DNA from: the human T2T-CHM13v2.0 reference genome, Homo sapiens
NCBI RefSeq assembly: GCF_009914755.1
Contig: NC_060936.1
Strand: one strand, 5' to 3'
Length of the DNA: 64,000 nt
Shown: piece after piece, positions 51,630 to 64,000 of the stretch
Layout: each line of letters begins with the position of its first letter
Numbering within the stretch: the first letter of the stretch is position 1
The notes under the pieces: model-generated
Told to the model about the DNA's origin: nothing
Seen by the model: only the letters and a program-made list of their open reading frames with translations
Databases searched by the model: none
Made by a program: the position numbers and the translations under genes

Positions 51630-53230
51630 AAATGATTCAACAAACATTTATGAGGTACCAACTGGGCCATAGGTGTTGTGCAAGACACTCATGATATAGA
51701 GAAAAATGCAATCATCTCTCTCACTTGTCTCCAAAGCCAGAGAAGAGACATGAAATGAGCAGAGCCTTCCAACAGCAAGAGATAAGTACTGTAATCAAGG
51801 CCTGTTGGATGGTTAGAAAGTACAGTTACGTAATGTATTAAATATCTATTACTGCATACTGATATTACTACAAATTTAGCAACTTAAAAGCAATACAGAT
51901 TTATTATCTTTCAATACTAAGGGATCAGGTTTGGGGGCATGTTTTGACTGTGTCCTTTCCAAAATCTTACAGGGCTACAATCAAGGTGTTGGCTTGGGCT
52001 GTGCTCTCCTCTGAGGTTTGACTGGGGAAGTATCCATTTCCAAGTTCACATAGTTGTGGTAGCATCAGTCCTTTGTAGGTGCTATAATTATGGCCTAATT
52101 TTCTTGCCAGGTGACAACTGAAGGATGTCTCCAGTTCCTTGCTATGTGGCACTTTCCAACATTACAGCTTGCTTCTTCAAAGTCAGCAAGGAAAAGAGAG
52201 ACCCCAGCACGATAGGGACTGCAATCTTATGTGACATAATTGAGTGCATATAACCACTTGTTCTGTATGTCTAGAAGCAATTCACAGATTCCACCCATAC
52301 TCAGGTATTGGTGGAGGATCACATCAGAGCATGAACACTACATAATGGGGGCAAGTTTAAGATTCTGTCTGACATAGATATCCTAATCTGGCCCTGGGTG
52401 CTAGCTGATGTCTGAAAACATGGATGAGCAGGACGAACATTCCAAACAGAATGCATATACTCAGAGTAAGAGAGCAAAGACTAGTTAGAGAAATGTAAAC
52501 AGTCCTTGGACTGTTACATGATGGGGAGGAGGTGAGGCTGGGTTGAAAATGGATGGTAATCATAATGACTGGTGTTGAAGAACATTTACCATGGTCAAGT
52601 TCCTTTCAGAGAAATTTACATATCATGTTTTCCCTTAATTATCGTAATAACCCCATGAGGTTACTTCTATCATTATCCCCATTTTGGAGATAAATAGAAG
52701 TAGAAAGAAGTTAAGACATGTTTCCCAAGGGAGGTAAACAGAGACCAGGTTATAAATAACCTCATATCACTTGTCAAGGAATTTTTATTTTATCTTGATG
52801 ATACTTATATATTTATTGGAGATTTGTTGGAGATTCAGGGAGAGTGTGCATGTGTTTGGGAGTGGTCAGTGAATTAGGATCAGGAAACAGTGCAGCTCGA
52901 TTTTTAAGATATTGCAGTAATCTAAATAAATGCTGAGGGACTGGTCTGAGTCAGAGGCAGTGATCTTGGAGGAGACGGGCTAGAATTAAGAGATATTTAT
53001 AAGGTTCAGTATCAAGGCACTAGTCTGATATGGGTGCAGAAGGGATTAGGTATGATTCCTAGGATTCTGATGGAGCAATTGAGTGAATGATTGCACCACT
53101 CACAAAGACAGGTTAACAGATGGAGGAGTGAGTTTGGAAGAAAGAGTAGATAGTGGGTTCAGTTAAGGAAATTTTAGTGAATTCAATTCTTGTTAAAGTA
53201 GGAAGTAAGGTCATTAGCTAATGTGGGGTG
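51630..53230 (-). mobile_element. L2 fragments (with MLT1 and MIR inserted)
   Basis: attcaacaaacatttatgagg...; gtatgattcctaggattctgatggagcaattgagtgaatg. Confidence 0.65.
51834..52376 (-). mobile_element. MaLR solo LTR, MLT1E/F-type
   Basis: tgtatt..tatctattactgcata...caaatttagcaacttaaaa...caatcaaggtgttggc...gcttgcttcttcaaagtcagcaag. Confidence 0.8.
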
Positions 53231-53790
53231 ATTAGGGGACAGTAGCCAAGAGTGGAGGGCATCTGGAACTGTCACTGTGATGCACAAAATAGTAATTTAA
53301 TCAAAGGTAAATAAAGTCGTGGCTGTATATGTAGAGACTAGGGAGGTTGGAGAGGTTGATCATGGCATCTTGGCTGAATGGGAGGAAAATAAAGCCAGAA
53401 CAGTGAAGGGACTAGAAGAACTGGCAAAGCATTGACAGAGAATGGAAAGTTCACATAGAAAACAAAATCTAAAGCCCTCACCATGACCTACAGGTTCTAC
53501 ACAATTTTGGCCATGGTCATCTCTCCAAAAGTCCCAGCTTATTCATTGACTAGTATAATAAGTATGATCCTACTGTATGGTGTTTGCAACAGCTGTTCCC
53601 TCTACCCAGATTACTCTTTCCCAAGATATCCCCATGGCCCCACCAACTTCCTTCAGAATTCTCTTGCTATGTTGCCTCCTCAAAGTGTCCTTGCTTGATC
53701 CCTTATTTAAAATAGCCCCTCTTTTCACTACCCATCCCCTTGCTGACTTTTATTTTTTATGTTTAGCAATGATCACTATGAGCCACTATA

Positions 53791-54490
53791 TGTAATTGCC
53801 CAATGGGTTCTTTCTGCCCATTGCACAGATAAAATCAATCCACTGAGACTACAACATTAGTTGACTTGAGGCCAGCCCATGTGAGAGAACTGGAATTATC
53901 ACTCAAATCAATCTCCCTGAAGGATCAGAGGTTAGGGATCTTTATGGACAATTTGGTGGGCAGGGGCTAGGGAATGGGTGCTGCTGATTGGTTGGGAAAT
54001 GAATCATATGGGTGTATAAATGGTCCTCATATGATGAGTCCATCTCTGGGTGGGGCCACGTGATCAGTTGAGTCATGGGTCATGAGTCCAGATGGGGTCA
54101 GTCTGAAAAACATCTCAAACAAACCAATATTAGATTCTACAATAGTGATGTTATCTGTGAGATCACTTGGGAAATTCACAAATCTTGTGACCTCTGGCCA
54201 CATGACCCCTGAACAGTAAGGGATTATAGAAACTACGCCTATGGTTTATCAGAGTTTAGGCCCTTCTCATAATCCTAACCTTGTGGCCTGTCATTAGTTT
54301 TACAATGGTAGTTTAGTTTTGGGAAGAGTATTATCATCTTCACTTTAAGGTTAAGCTATGAACTAAATTCCTCCCAAAGTTAATTAGGCCTATGCCCAGG
54401 AATGACCAAGGAAAGCTTGGAGGTCAGAAGCAAGATGAAGTCAACTGTCAAATTTCTCTTACTGTTGTAATTTTGGCAAAAGTGGCTTCA
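53791..54490 (-). mobile_element. ERV1 solo LTR, LTR8 family (LTR8A-like), inserted in an L2 (+, about 53460-54560)
   Basis: reverse strand starts tgaagccacttttgccaaaatta...catcttgcttctgacctccaagc...cattcctgggcatagg; TSD tata/tatg. Confidence 0.88.
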
Positions 54491-54579
54491 TATGTTATGT
54501 ACTTATTGTCTCTTTATTTTCAATCTCTCCCACTAGGCTGTTAAGGCAGAGAGAATAACAACTTTACAATATCTTTGAT

Positions 54580-55400
54580 TAAGTAAGTCTTGCATATAAT
54601 TAACCAAATGATTTTAATGTACAGTGAAAATTCTTGTAGTGACTCATCTCTTCAGTCCCTCTTCCCTAGAAGATAGCCACATTTATTAAATTCTCGTCTG
54701 TCTTTTCAGTTACCCTATAGAAGTATAAGCAAATATGAATATATGCTCTTAACTTTCTTCTTCTTTTTTTGCAGAATAGAGAATTCATTAAACATATCAC
54801 TGGGCTACTGGCTTTCTCCGTATTGCAGTTTTCTCTCATCAATGCATACAGAAAGTCTTCAGTTTATTTTTGTTTTGGGGATTTGGAGGTTGTGGATTGT
54901 TCAATTTACAGTGGCATAATGTTTCACTAAATACCATAGTTTGTTTAACTAGACCTCCACTAATGAGCATTTGGGTATTTTCTAATTTATATCTCTTTAT
55001 TCAATGAATAACCTTATATATACATTATTTTGTCTATGTACAAATATAGCTGCAGAAGAAATTCCCTAAAGTGAGAAAAAGGCTACATACATGTGAAATT
55101 CGGTAGATAATGCCAAATTGCTCCCCATCGGGATTCTACCAATTTATACTCCCACCAGCCATGTATAAAAGTTCCTGTTTCCTCACAGCCTTGCTAAACA
55201 AAGCTGCAAAACACGGGTCTTATCAATCAGTGAATTTTTACCAGTCTGAAAGTTAAAAAAAAAAAAAATGACATCTTAGTATAGTGTTTTGTTTGTATTT
55301 TGCTAAGTATGAGTGAGGCAGAGATTTCTTCCTTATGTAAAGAGCTTTTATATATTTACATGCATTTTTCATTTCTAGAAACTGTCTGTTCTTTTCTTTT
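54580..55400 (-). mobile_element. Old L1 (L1ME-type) 3' relic
   Basis: gataatgccaaattgctc...accaatttatactcccaccagccatgtataaaagttcctgtttcctcacagccttgc. Confidence 0.8.
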
Positions 55401-57034
55401 ATGAAAAAGACTGTCTATTTTCCCCACTGTATTCTCAGCATTTAGGACAGTACCTAATCTATAGTGAGCTTGTTAAATATTTGCTGAATAAATGGCTATG
55501 ACAAGGGTGAAATTCTAGGCTACAGAGGTGAAGGAAAGAAAAGGTGGAAGCAGGACGGGAAAACTTTAAGACCATGGTTGTGGTGGTGGAGCAGTTTGAA
55601 ATAATGATGTGCTTTTTTAGGTGTTACCATGGCAGCAGAGGTCATAGCCACAAAGATCCTTATAACAGAGAAACATGACACCAAGGGATGAGACAGGTCA
55701 TCAGCATAGATGAAGACATGAAATAAAACGTCACACTGCTCTGGGCAGAATGTGCATCTATGAGCCTGCTAAAGGATGCAGATAAAAATGACGTTGTCAT
55801 TATAATCGGGCATCCCATTGACTTCACCCAAGATGATCCCCTGGGCACCCAATCCTTCCTGCTTTGGGTCTAACTGCACTCCTCATCCTCTCACTCTCCT
55901 GTTATTTTTCATTCTGTCTCTGGCTTGGCTACCTTAGTTTATTAACTCTTCTGCCCTTGGATGCACTCCCTCACCTGTCTCTCCACTCCTTCTCCCTATT
56001 GTTGTTCATACTCACCCTCTCTCCTTCCCTCTTGGACCCAGAGTTCTGGAACCTGCCCCTCTCCCTGCCTTTTGCCCAGAGGGTTGGCTCTTGGATACAG
56101 AAAATAAATTTTATTTTTTTCCCTGCTCTTGTCTTTCATTAGCAAATGGAATCATTTGTAATTACCAAAGCTGCATGTTGGCAAATTCCTCTCTCGCAAA
56201 AATGTGGACAGCTGTCATAGAAAATGACTATCTAAAGTAAGATGACTCTTTAACAAATTGGGGTATGACAATCATGAAAATGAAAGTGTACCCTTCCAGT
56301 CTTTGTGAAGCAACTTATCTGTTTTGAAGTCTTTTTATAGTGTCACTGTGTTTTTAGTAGATATTTCTTTTGTTCACTCTTTATGTTAGGAAAAACAATT
56401 CTATTACTGCAAATTCAATTGAATTTAGCAACAATTTATTGAGCACCTAGTAATGTTCCTAGCACTGTGCTAGAAGTTGTGGGGAAAACAGATGAAGTGT
56501 ATGATGTACCCTTGCCCTCGAGGAGTATAGGATTCTAGCAAGAAACAATATGTATGCAAATAATCCAATTAGCCTGGAAACCCACAGAGTTCAAAAATGA
56601 AAAAGTCTAGAATAAAATAAGTCAACTGCATATAAGTTATACCAGTGCCTGGTTCATGGTAGGACCTCAATAAGTCATTTAATTAGTGCAAAAAATGGAC
56701 AAAATGGGTGGGACCAACTCTTACTAAAAAGATGAAGAGGAATCAAAAGCTGCTGGGGTTTCTGCTGTGGCTTCAAGGATGTGGTAAGATGTTAGGTAAT
56801 ATCATATCTGAAGATTACATTTCAGATATTATGAAAGTGATAAATGAAGGTGACTTTTCAGTGGAGAAAAAAAAGGAAGGACACTGACCGATTATCCAGT
56901 TAGCTGGTAGGTGTCTTACAAGAGAGAAGATTTAGTAAGCTTTTAGAATTATTTCTTCTTACTCACTGTAGAGATGTGTCAAAACCGACATGATTCACTC
57001 CCAAAAGGGAGAGCGATGCTTTTCAAAGCACCAT

Positions 57035-57391
57035 TGTATTAGTCTATTCTCACACTGCTATAAAGGAATACCCAAGACTGGGTAATTTAAAAAGGAAAGA
57101 GGTTTAATTGACTCACAGTTCTGTATTGCTGGGGAGGCCTCAAGAAACTTACAATCATGGCAGAAGGCACTGTTTCACAAGGTGGCAGGAGAGAGAATGA
57201 GTGCCAAGCAAAGGGGGAAGCCCCTTTTAAAACCATCAGATCTTGTGAGAACTCACTCATTATCATGAGAACAGCATGAGGGAAACCACTGCCATAATTC
57301 AACTATCTCCACCTGGTCTTGGCCTTGACACATGGGGATTATTACAATTTAATGTGAGATTTGGGTGAGGACACAGAGCCAAATCATATCA
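57035..57391 (-). mobile_element. THE1D-type solo LTR
   Basis: tgtattagtctattctcacactgctataaag...gaaacttacaatcatggcagaaggc...acacagagccaaatcatatca. Confidence 0.93.
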
Positions 57392-57714
57392 ACTGTACAT
57401 TGAAGAGTTTCCCAAATTGGGAGAGAAGAAGGGCTCCTGTGGCCACTGATAATCCATAAATACCCATCAGAACAGTTGATATTTTTAGCCAATGACAGAA
57501 CCTCCTTCAGGGCTCAAAGATAGACAATATTATTGGAGGACATCTGTTTTTTAAAAAAAAAACTTCATGACTTCAAAACAAGGAGTTTGGGGGAAACTAA
57601 ATTTAGTGTCTCAGGAGATAACCTGGCAATGTGATTGAGTGTATTTCATTGAAATTATTTTCAAAGAGAAGGTCAAACTCTCTTGCTCAAGAAACAACAT
57701 AGAGACACTGTTTT

Positions 57715-58505
57715 TCTCCTTTCAATCCAGTCAATCACCAACTATCATCAAATCTATCTTCTGATAAATCCCTGGAATCTTCTCACTCTCCACCCTTCTC
57801 ATTCTTATTTCTTCTGTAAAATTCTCCATAGTTCTTACCTGCCTAGCTGCCAGGGCTCCTAAGTGGATTCCCTGTCTTCAGTTAGAATCTTTCAGTCTAA
57901 CCTCCACATTGCAGCAGAATAAATTCTAAGGAGCAAATCTGACACATCATACCCCCGCTTAAACCTGTTCAGATCTACTATCTTGTGGATAAATTTCACA
58001 CTATAAATGGTGATAGTTAAGGCCACTAGTGATTTATCTCTTTGCCCTACCTCCAGCACCATCTTTCAGCATACCCCCAAACCTTTCCCAGGCATATGGA
58101 ACTGCTTGTTGATCCCTCAACTAGCAGCGCTTCCTCCTAATTCTGAATGTAAGTTATCTTCCAATATTGGCCCTGACCCACAAGTCTTCTGATGCTCTTA
58201 TCCAAGAAACTCTTCCTTGTCATTGAGGACTCATTGTGGCAGTTGCTCTGAGGAGCTTGTCTTGGCAGAATCCCCACTGCCGAACCAATATTGGCTATTC
58301 ATTAGTACCTACTGCCTCCAGGCTCCCATTGTACTCTGTACTTCCCTCTGTGGCATGTATCATACTCTGTCTTAATTGTTGTTTATCACTCTATTGCCCC
58401 AACAGCCCGAAAGGTTCTTAAGACCAGGATAGCCTCATTCATCTTTGTACTCTGAGAATCTCATATATACCCGGCACAGTTCTAATGGACACTCAATAAA
58501 TAGTT
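57715..58505 (+). mobile_element. L2 fragment
   Basis: caatccagtcaatcacc...ctccacattgcagcag...aaatctgacacatca...actcaataaata end. Confidence 0.7.
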
Positions 58506-58622
58506 AACTTTCAAAATACGATACCCATTACAAAAGGCAAGGTGAAAAAATTCACTAGAAAACTCATGTTTGCAAAAAACCGATAGTTGCAACCCTGTGG
58601 TATCATTCAAGAAAGTGCAGGT

Positions 58623-58654
58623 GGGGTGCACAGGGTGGGGTTGGGTATAAAAAG
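58623..58654 (+). promoter_or_regulatory. G-quadruplex motif/CACCC boxes directly before a TATA box
   Basis: GGGG-tgcaca-GGG-t-GGGG-tt-GGG then TATAAAAAG (58646-58654). Confidence 0.3.
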
Positions 58655-59374
58655 TCTATGAGTTCAAGGCTGCCAAGGAGCTGAAGACTCAGCCAAGAAC
58701 AATTTTAGGTTCTTATTTTCCCAGCAAGGCAGCAGCTGGTGCCTGGCAGAAGGGGAATGGTGTTGCCATGTCACTGAACAGCAATCGTGGAGTGGCCAGA
58801 GAGCCAGCAGCCTAAATACTCTTCCCTGAGCCAGAACAGGGCTGTAGGGAAAAAGTGGTAGCTCAGTGAGCATCAGCTGGAGAAAGCAGCAGAGGCTATG
58901 GTGGCTCCTGGCAGCGAACTGCTTACCCAGGCGAACACTGTAATTAAGACTAATAGGGCATGAGGCCAGTCTGAGAGGCTAAATACCCAAAATTTAGAAT
59001 GTAGCTAAACAAACACACTGTTTATAAAATCTCCCAGGCAAGAAACCTGAAAATCATCTTTCCTTTGCTTCCCACCACCTACATCCAGCCAGTCACCAAA
59101 CCTTCATGATAGCATGTAATATATGTCTAAAGATTTCTGCTCTTTCCATCATTCTTTTCCCCATCCTTTATCATTTAAATCTAGACTATCCTTAACAGCC
59201 TACTAATGGGTTTCCATGCACCAATAAAATTCCTTCAATCTATCCTCCATACTCCTGGAATTTATATTTCTGTAGAAGTTAAACAGAGTCATGTCACCTT
59301 CCTTTTTAAGGATAATTTTGCATCTCTAATTGCCTATGAATAAAGGCCTATTGTTTAGCATTCTTAAGAAACTG

Positions 59375-59515
59375 AATGCCAGTTTTCTCATTTGTAAAAC
59401 AGGAAAACAGTACCTACCTCATAGAACTCCGAGGATTAAAGGGTTTAATATATATGAAGCTTAAGAATTGTGTCCAGCATGGAGCAAGGATTATAATAAG
59501 TTAGTTATTATCAAT
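59375..59515 (+). mobile_element. MIR SINE 3' half
   Basis: cagttttctcatttgtaaaacagg..aacagtacctacctcatag. Confidence 0.75.
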
Positions 59516-59730
59516 AGTATTATTTTTTATCAGGATTTCCTCCAAGATTTCTTATGATCTGGTCCAATCTCATTGGATAAACAAGAAAATATATATCAAT
59601 GCAGACACTGGACTCACTGGTCTGAATTCAAATCTAGAAAGACACTAGCTGCATAATATTAGGCAAGATACCTAAGTCTCAATTTTCTCATATATAAGAC
59701 AGGAATTATAGTAGTTTCCACCTTAATGGA

Positions 59731-60041
59731 TTTTTTTGTTTTGCTTTGTTTTCTTGTTTTGAGATGGAGTCTCTCTCTGTCACCCAGGCTGGAGTGCAGT
59801 GGCGCAATCTCAGCTCAATGCTACCTCTGTCTCCCAGGTTCACACAATTCTCTGCCTCAGCCTCCCAAGTAGCTGGGATTACAGGTGCCCATCACCACGC
59901 CTGGCTAATTTTTTTGTATTTTTAGTAGAGACGGGGTTTCACCATCTTGGCCAGGCTGGTCTTGAACTCCTGACCTCGTGATCCACCCGCTTTGGCCTCC
60001 CAAAGTGGTGGAATTACAGGCATGAGCCACTGCGCCCGGTC
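59731..60041 (-). mobile_element. AluS (Sg-like), inserted in a MIR
   Basis: reverse Alu; ctgacctcgtgatcc; TSD aatg(g/a)att. Confidence 0.96.
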
Positions 60042-60601
60042 AATGAATTATTTTGATAAGTTTAATGCAGAAGGAAAGGTTGGCAAAGGTGATCAAGAAG
60101 GAGATGCCTAAGAATTAGGAGGAGAAACAGGAAGGAATATTCTTCCAAATGCCAAATAAAAATAATTTGAAGAAGAATATGGTTGAAAGCTTTAAATGTT
60201 CCAGAAGAATCCAGCTGAGTGAAATTTCAAAAGAAGTCTTAGATTTGAAATAGGAAGAGTAAGGACCTCAACAAGAACAGTGTTGGAAAATTAATGCGGA
60301 GGGAAAGTAATTTCAATGGCTCAGGGAAATGGAAGGTCACAGTAATGTGTTAGAAAAAAGTTGCTTGGAAGCCAGGTTTTCCTGAGATTCTTTTGAGTAT
60401 CTACAACTTCTGGAAAAACAGGTGTATATAAAAGTTGAGTCCTCAAATCTCAGGCTCAAGATTTGCCACTGACTAAGAAATGAGCAATATGAATCCTAAC
60501 AAACACATGCCAGGTATAGCATTACTGTGTGTCAGCCTTTGGTTTAAGTGCTTTCAGTATATTCTAATAATCTAATCTTCACAACCCTGCTATTCCTGTT
60601 T

Positions 60602-60957
60602 TGTGTGTGTGTGTGTGTGTGTGTGCGTGTGTGTGGTTTTTTGTTTGTTTGTTTGTTTGGAGATGGAGTCTTGCTCTGTCACCCAGTTTGGAGTGCAATG
60701 GTGCGATCTCACTTACTGAAACCTCCACCTCCTGGGTTCAAGGAATTCTCCTGCCCCAGCCTCTTGAGTAGCTGGGATTACAGGCATGTGCCACCATGCC
60801 CAGCTAATTTTTGTATTTTGAGTAGAGATGGGGTTTCACCATGTTGGCCCAGCTGGACTTGAACTCCTGACCTCAGGTGATCCTCCCGTCCAGGCCTCCA
60901 AAAGTGTTGGGGTTACAGGCATAAGCTGCAGGAATATGGCCAGGCATGAGCCACTGC
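60602..60957 (-). mobile_element. AluS (Sx-like) with (TG)n tail extension and rearranged 5' end
   Basis: reverse Alu 60636-60957; caggcataagc...caggcatgagcc partial duplication at the head. Confidence 0.93.
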
Positions 60958-61126
60958 CTGATAGAATTAGGATTTAGAACCAGTTAATCTGGCTTCAGAC
61001 ATACTGTGTCTGTTCATATGTTACAGCCCTTAATTCAATTCAATTTAACAAATAATTTTTAAATGTCTGTCTAGTGCCAGGTACTGCTAAAGGCTCTTGG
61101 GGATGCATTAGAAAACAAAAAAGACA

Positions 61127-61445
61127 GCAAGGTGTGGTGGCTCACGCCTGTAATCCCAACACTTTGGGAGGCTCAGGTGGGCAGATCACGAGGTCAGGAA
61201 TTCGAGACAAGCCTGGCCAACATGGTGAAACCCTGTCTCTACTAAAAATACAAAAATTAGCCAGGCGTGGTGGCGGGCACCTGTAAACTCAGCTACTCAA
61301 GAGGCTGAGGCAGGAGAATCCCTTGAAACTGGGATGCAGAGGTTGCAGCGAGCTGAGGTTGCAGCGAGCTGAGATTGCACCACTGCATTCCAGCCTGGGC
61401 AACAGAGCAAGACTCAATTTCAAAAAAGAAAAAGAAAAGAAAAAA
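61127..61445 (+). mobile_element. AluS (Sg-like) with a 16-bp internal tandem duplication
   Basis: (gaggttgcagcgagct)x2; TSD agaaaa(c/g)aaaaaagaca. Confidence 0.96.
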
Positions 61446-61552
61446 GACAATGACATACCTTGCAGACACCAAAACTTTAAAAATACACCTGACTTAAAGG
61501 CCTTAATCTACCCTTTTTTACTTTTTATGTCATCCAGTGTGGGAAACATGTG

Positions 61553-61590
61553 AAGAACATGCCATCATGTCAAGAACATGCCATCATGTC
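61553..61590. repeat. Perfect 19-bp tandem duplication
   Basis: (aagaacatgccatcatgtc)x2. Confidence 0.95.
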
Positions 61591-62299
61591 CAGGGATGGC
61601 CAACCTTCCTATTTAAGGAAGCTGTTTTTCTTTTTTTTCACCTGTCAAAAAACATTTTGAGTGGTGGAATCCTGCAAAGAAGCTGTATTGGGGTGGTAGT
61701 TGATTTGGTATGAGAGTGGTTTCCAGATGCCATTGGCTATTGGCAATTTTGCTAACTTATTTGTTACCTTAGACAAAAGTATGTATTCTCAGTGGTTCCT
61801 AGCTATATGGGGACAGTCACAGGCCGTTGTGACTAGGGTCAACCCTCAGAAAACTTGCTTCCCTGACCATGCCTGGAGATAGATTCTCTCTCTGTATTGC
61901 ACCACTTCCTGTACCTTTTATCTAATAACACTTCCGCTCCAGCAAATGGCTTCAGTTTTCTATTGCAATAATAGCTTAGTTGCTCAAGGACAAGTTCTCT
62001 TTGAGCTTTTGATCCTCCCCTGCTAAATTCTTAAACTTTAGTTTTTCTTAGTTATCAGAAGTGAAATCAACGCCTAATCCTCTCAAAACTGCTTTATGAA
62101 ACCTGCCCTGGTGTTTTTCCACACGCCAGGAATTATGCTGTCTGCTTCCACATTGAAGTGTGCACTGTATTCTTTATTCAACTTACTTCTTCTTCCCCTA
62201 TGAACTTATTCTTCTCCTTCCCCAGGGTGGTCTTTTGATCCTTGGAACCTAGAATGGCAACTGGCACATAGCTATTTCTTAACTTTTAATAAATTATAA

Positions 62300-62395
62300 A
62301 GAACCTGATATAGTACCCACCACGTCATGGTTCTCACTAAGTAGTGTCTCTTGAGTGTATGAATAAATGAATGAACAAATGAATGAATAAACAAA
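62300..62395 (+). mobile_element. L2 3' tail
   Basis: (AATG)n tail gaataaatgaatgaacaaatgaatgaata. Confidence 0.6.
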
Positions 62396-64000
62396 CATAG
62401 ATGCTAGATGTTTCCATCAGGGACTAAAATGCAGGAGCTGTTAGTATGTCCAAGGAAGACCTGGTGGGTGGTATTCTTTAAAATCAATAGAAGAAACTGG
62501 GTGGTTTTTTGTTTTTTTTTTTTTTTAATGTTTAAAAGAAAAGAGAAAATGATCAGTCGACTTGAAAAGCAACTACTTTACATAATAATGTTATTAATGT
62601 TGTAAGGAATACTGGGCCCATTTGTTGTAAAATGACAACCATTTCACAGAAATTGCTTGGGGCCAGTTTAGGGGATGAAAAGTGTTCATTTTCCCTGTGT
62701 GCTTTCATGCGCCATCCCCAGAGACAAAGCAGAGACAAAGAGCTAACTCAGATCCTGTTTGGAAGGACTGGTACATTATTAGGTACTCCAGTTTCTTTCC
62801 TTAAAAGCCTTGAGGCTTGGAATTGACCACACAAAGGACACACTTCCACAGTGTATCACCTGCAACTGGCCAAAACTTACAATGCATGAGAAAGAGGAAT
62901 CTATGGAAGAAGCCACAGGAAGACAAGAGAAGCCTCAGTCACAGGAGAATATAGCAGAGCTGCATGATGTCACCAGTTGCCCATGAGAACCCAAGAAATA
63001 GGAAAAGGCGGGCCTCTGTAATAAAGGGAAACTGTAGGTCAAAATGTAGGCAGTTGCAGCCATCCAGGACCCAGAAAATCTTGCCTTTGCCTTTCTCACG
63101 CGTTCTCTCTGATGCTCAGGGTCTTCCCTTTAGAATTCATTTTCTTTATTTTTTCACTCTTTACCCAATTTGACTACCTGACTCTCAATTTTGCAATTCC
63201 CGTCTTGACCTATGACTCTAGCCTCAGCCAGTTTCTAACTAATTGGTCCTTGCTCTTAGAAATCAGATGCTGTGTTCACCTCTCCAGTCTTTGACTGTTT
63301 CAGGCCATCAGCTCTCCCACACTGCTCTTTCCCCAACTTACATTTCAGCTGGAGCTTGACACCAAAGGCAAGTCATTTAAGCATTTTCTTTCTCTCAGCC
63401 CCTAATTGTTTACTTTCTGTCAAGAAAAATAATCTTCAGGCCCGAGAAGGCAGAACTTATACTGAGAATAGGGAAATGACTGAGCCCAGAACAGATAAAA
63501 GAATATAAGGGAGGAAGTAAGATATATAAAAATAATATTTTAATTTATTTATACTCTATTTTTTAAAAATAGACTTAAGGTCATTTTCAGACACAAAAAG
63601 AGCCTTTCTAACAAGGTTAGAAAAACAGGCAGAAAAAAAAAAAAAGCCGGTTAGAAAACTTGGATCAGATTATCACTTAGAATGATATGCAAAGGGTATA
63701 TCATAAAATCCAATACTTGTCGGAAGTTAAGAACAAATATAGGCTTAAGCTTATCCTACTATACATACAGTTTTTTCTTTTTTTCTCACTTTAATTTACA
63801 TCATTAAAAATTTAGCATTTAACTACATTGCCACTATAATAAAATTGTAAATGACCCACCATGTTCCAGTTTACAGTGTTACTGGCCAAAAAAAAAGTGA
63901 CATCGCTCACTTTTTATTGCTTACTTTTTCTTGCTCTTAGTTATCCAGGGGATAATATAAAAGAGATTGTTCAACTGGAATAATCTTCGCCCTTGGTATC

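Noticed and set aside
58742-58760. CTCF motif
   Set aside because: ggcagaagggggaatg misses key positions of the CCASYAGRKGGCRS core.

Overview
Primate (catarrhine-type, human-like: AluY/S/J, L1PA, THE1 present) AT-rich, CpG-poor non-coding DNA, intronic or intergenic. I find no credible protein-coding gene, tRNA/rRNA, CpG island or CRISPR array. The ORF track is explained by Alu, L1, LTR and low-complexity sequence or by chance. Roughly half of the window is interspersed repeat: about 13 Alus, several L1s, many MIR/L2/L3 relics, a full-length MER1A and about 19 LTRs (MaLR, ERVL, ERV1), several with readable target-site duplications (TSDs). Subfamily names come from memory of consensus sequences and need RepeatMasker/Dfam confirmation. 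The most unusual observations are: (i) a compact unit at 27466-27633 with C/D-box snoRNA architecture whose D-guide is complementary to a candidate 27-nt microexon just downstream; (ii) two locally templated inversion/fold-back scars (28010-28350, 48683-48861); (iii) an LTR-less ERV gag-pro fragment inserted into an old L1; (iv) a twin-primed 5'-inverted L1; (v) several candidate enhancers/promoters and one pre-miRNA-like hairpin. All functional interpretations are inference. I cannot claim that a new biological system is present.
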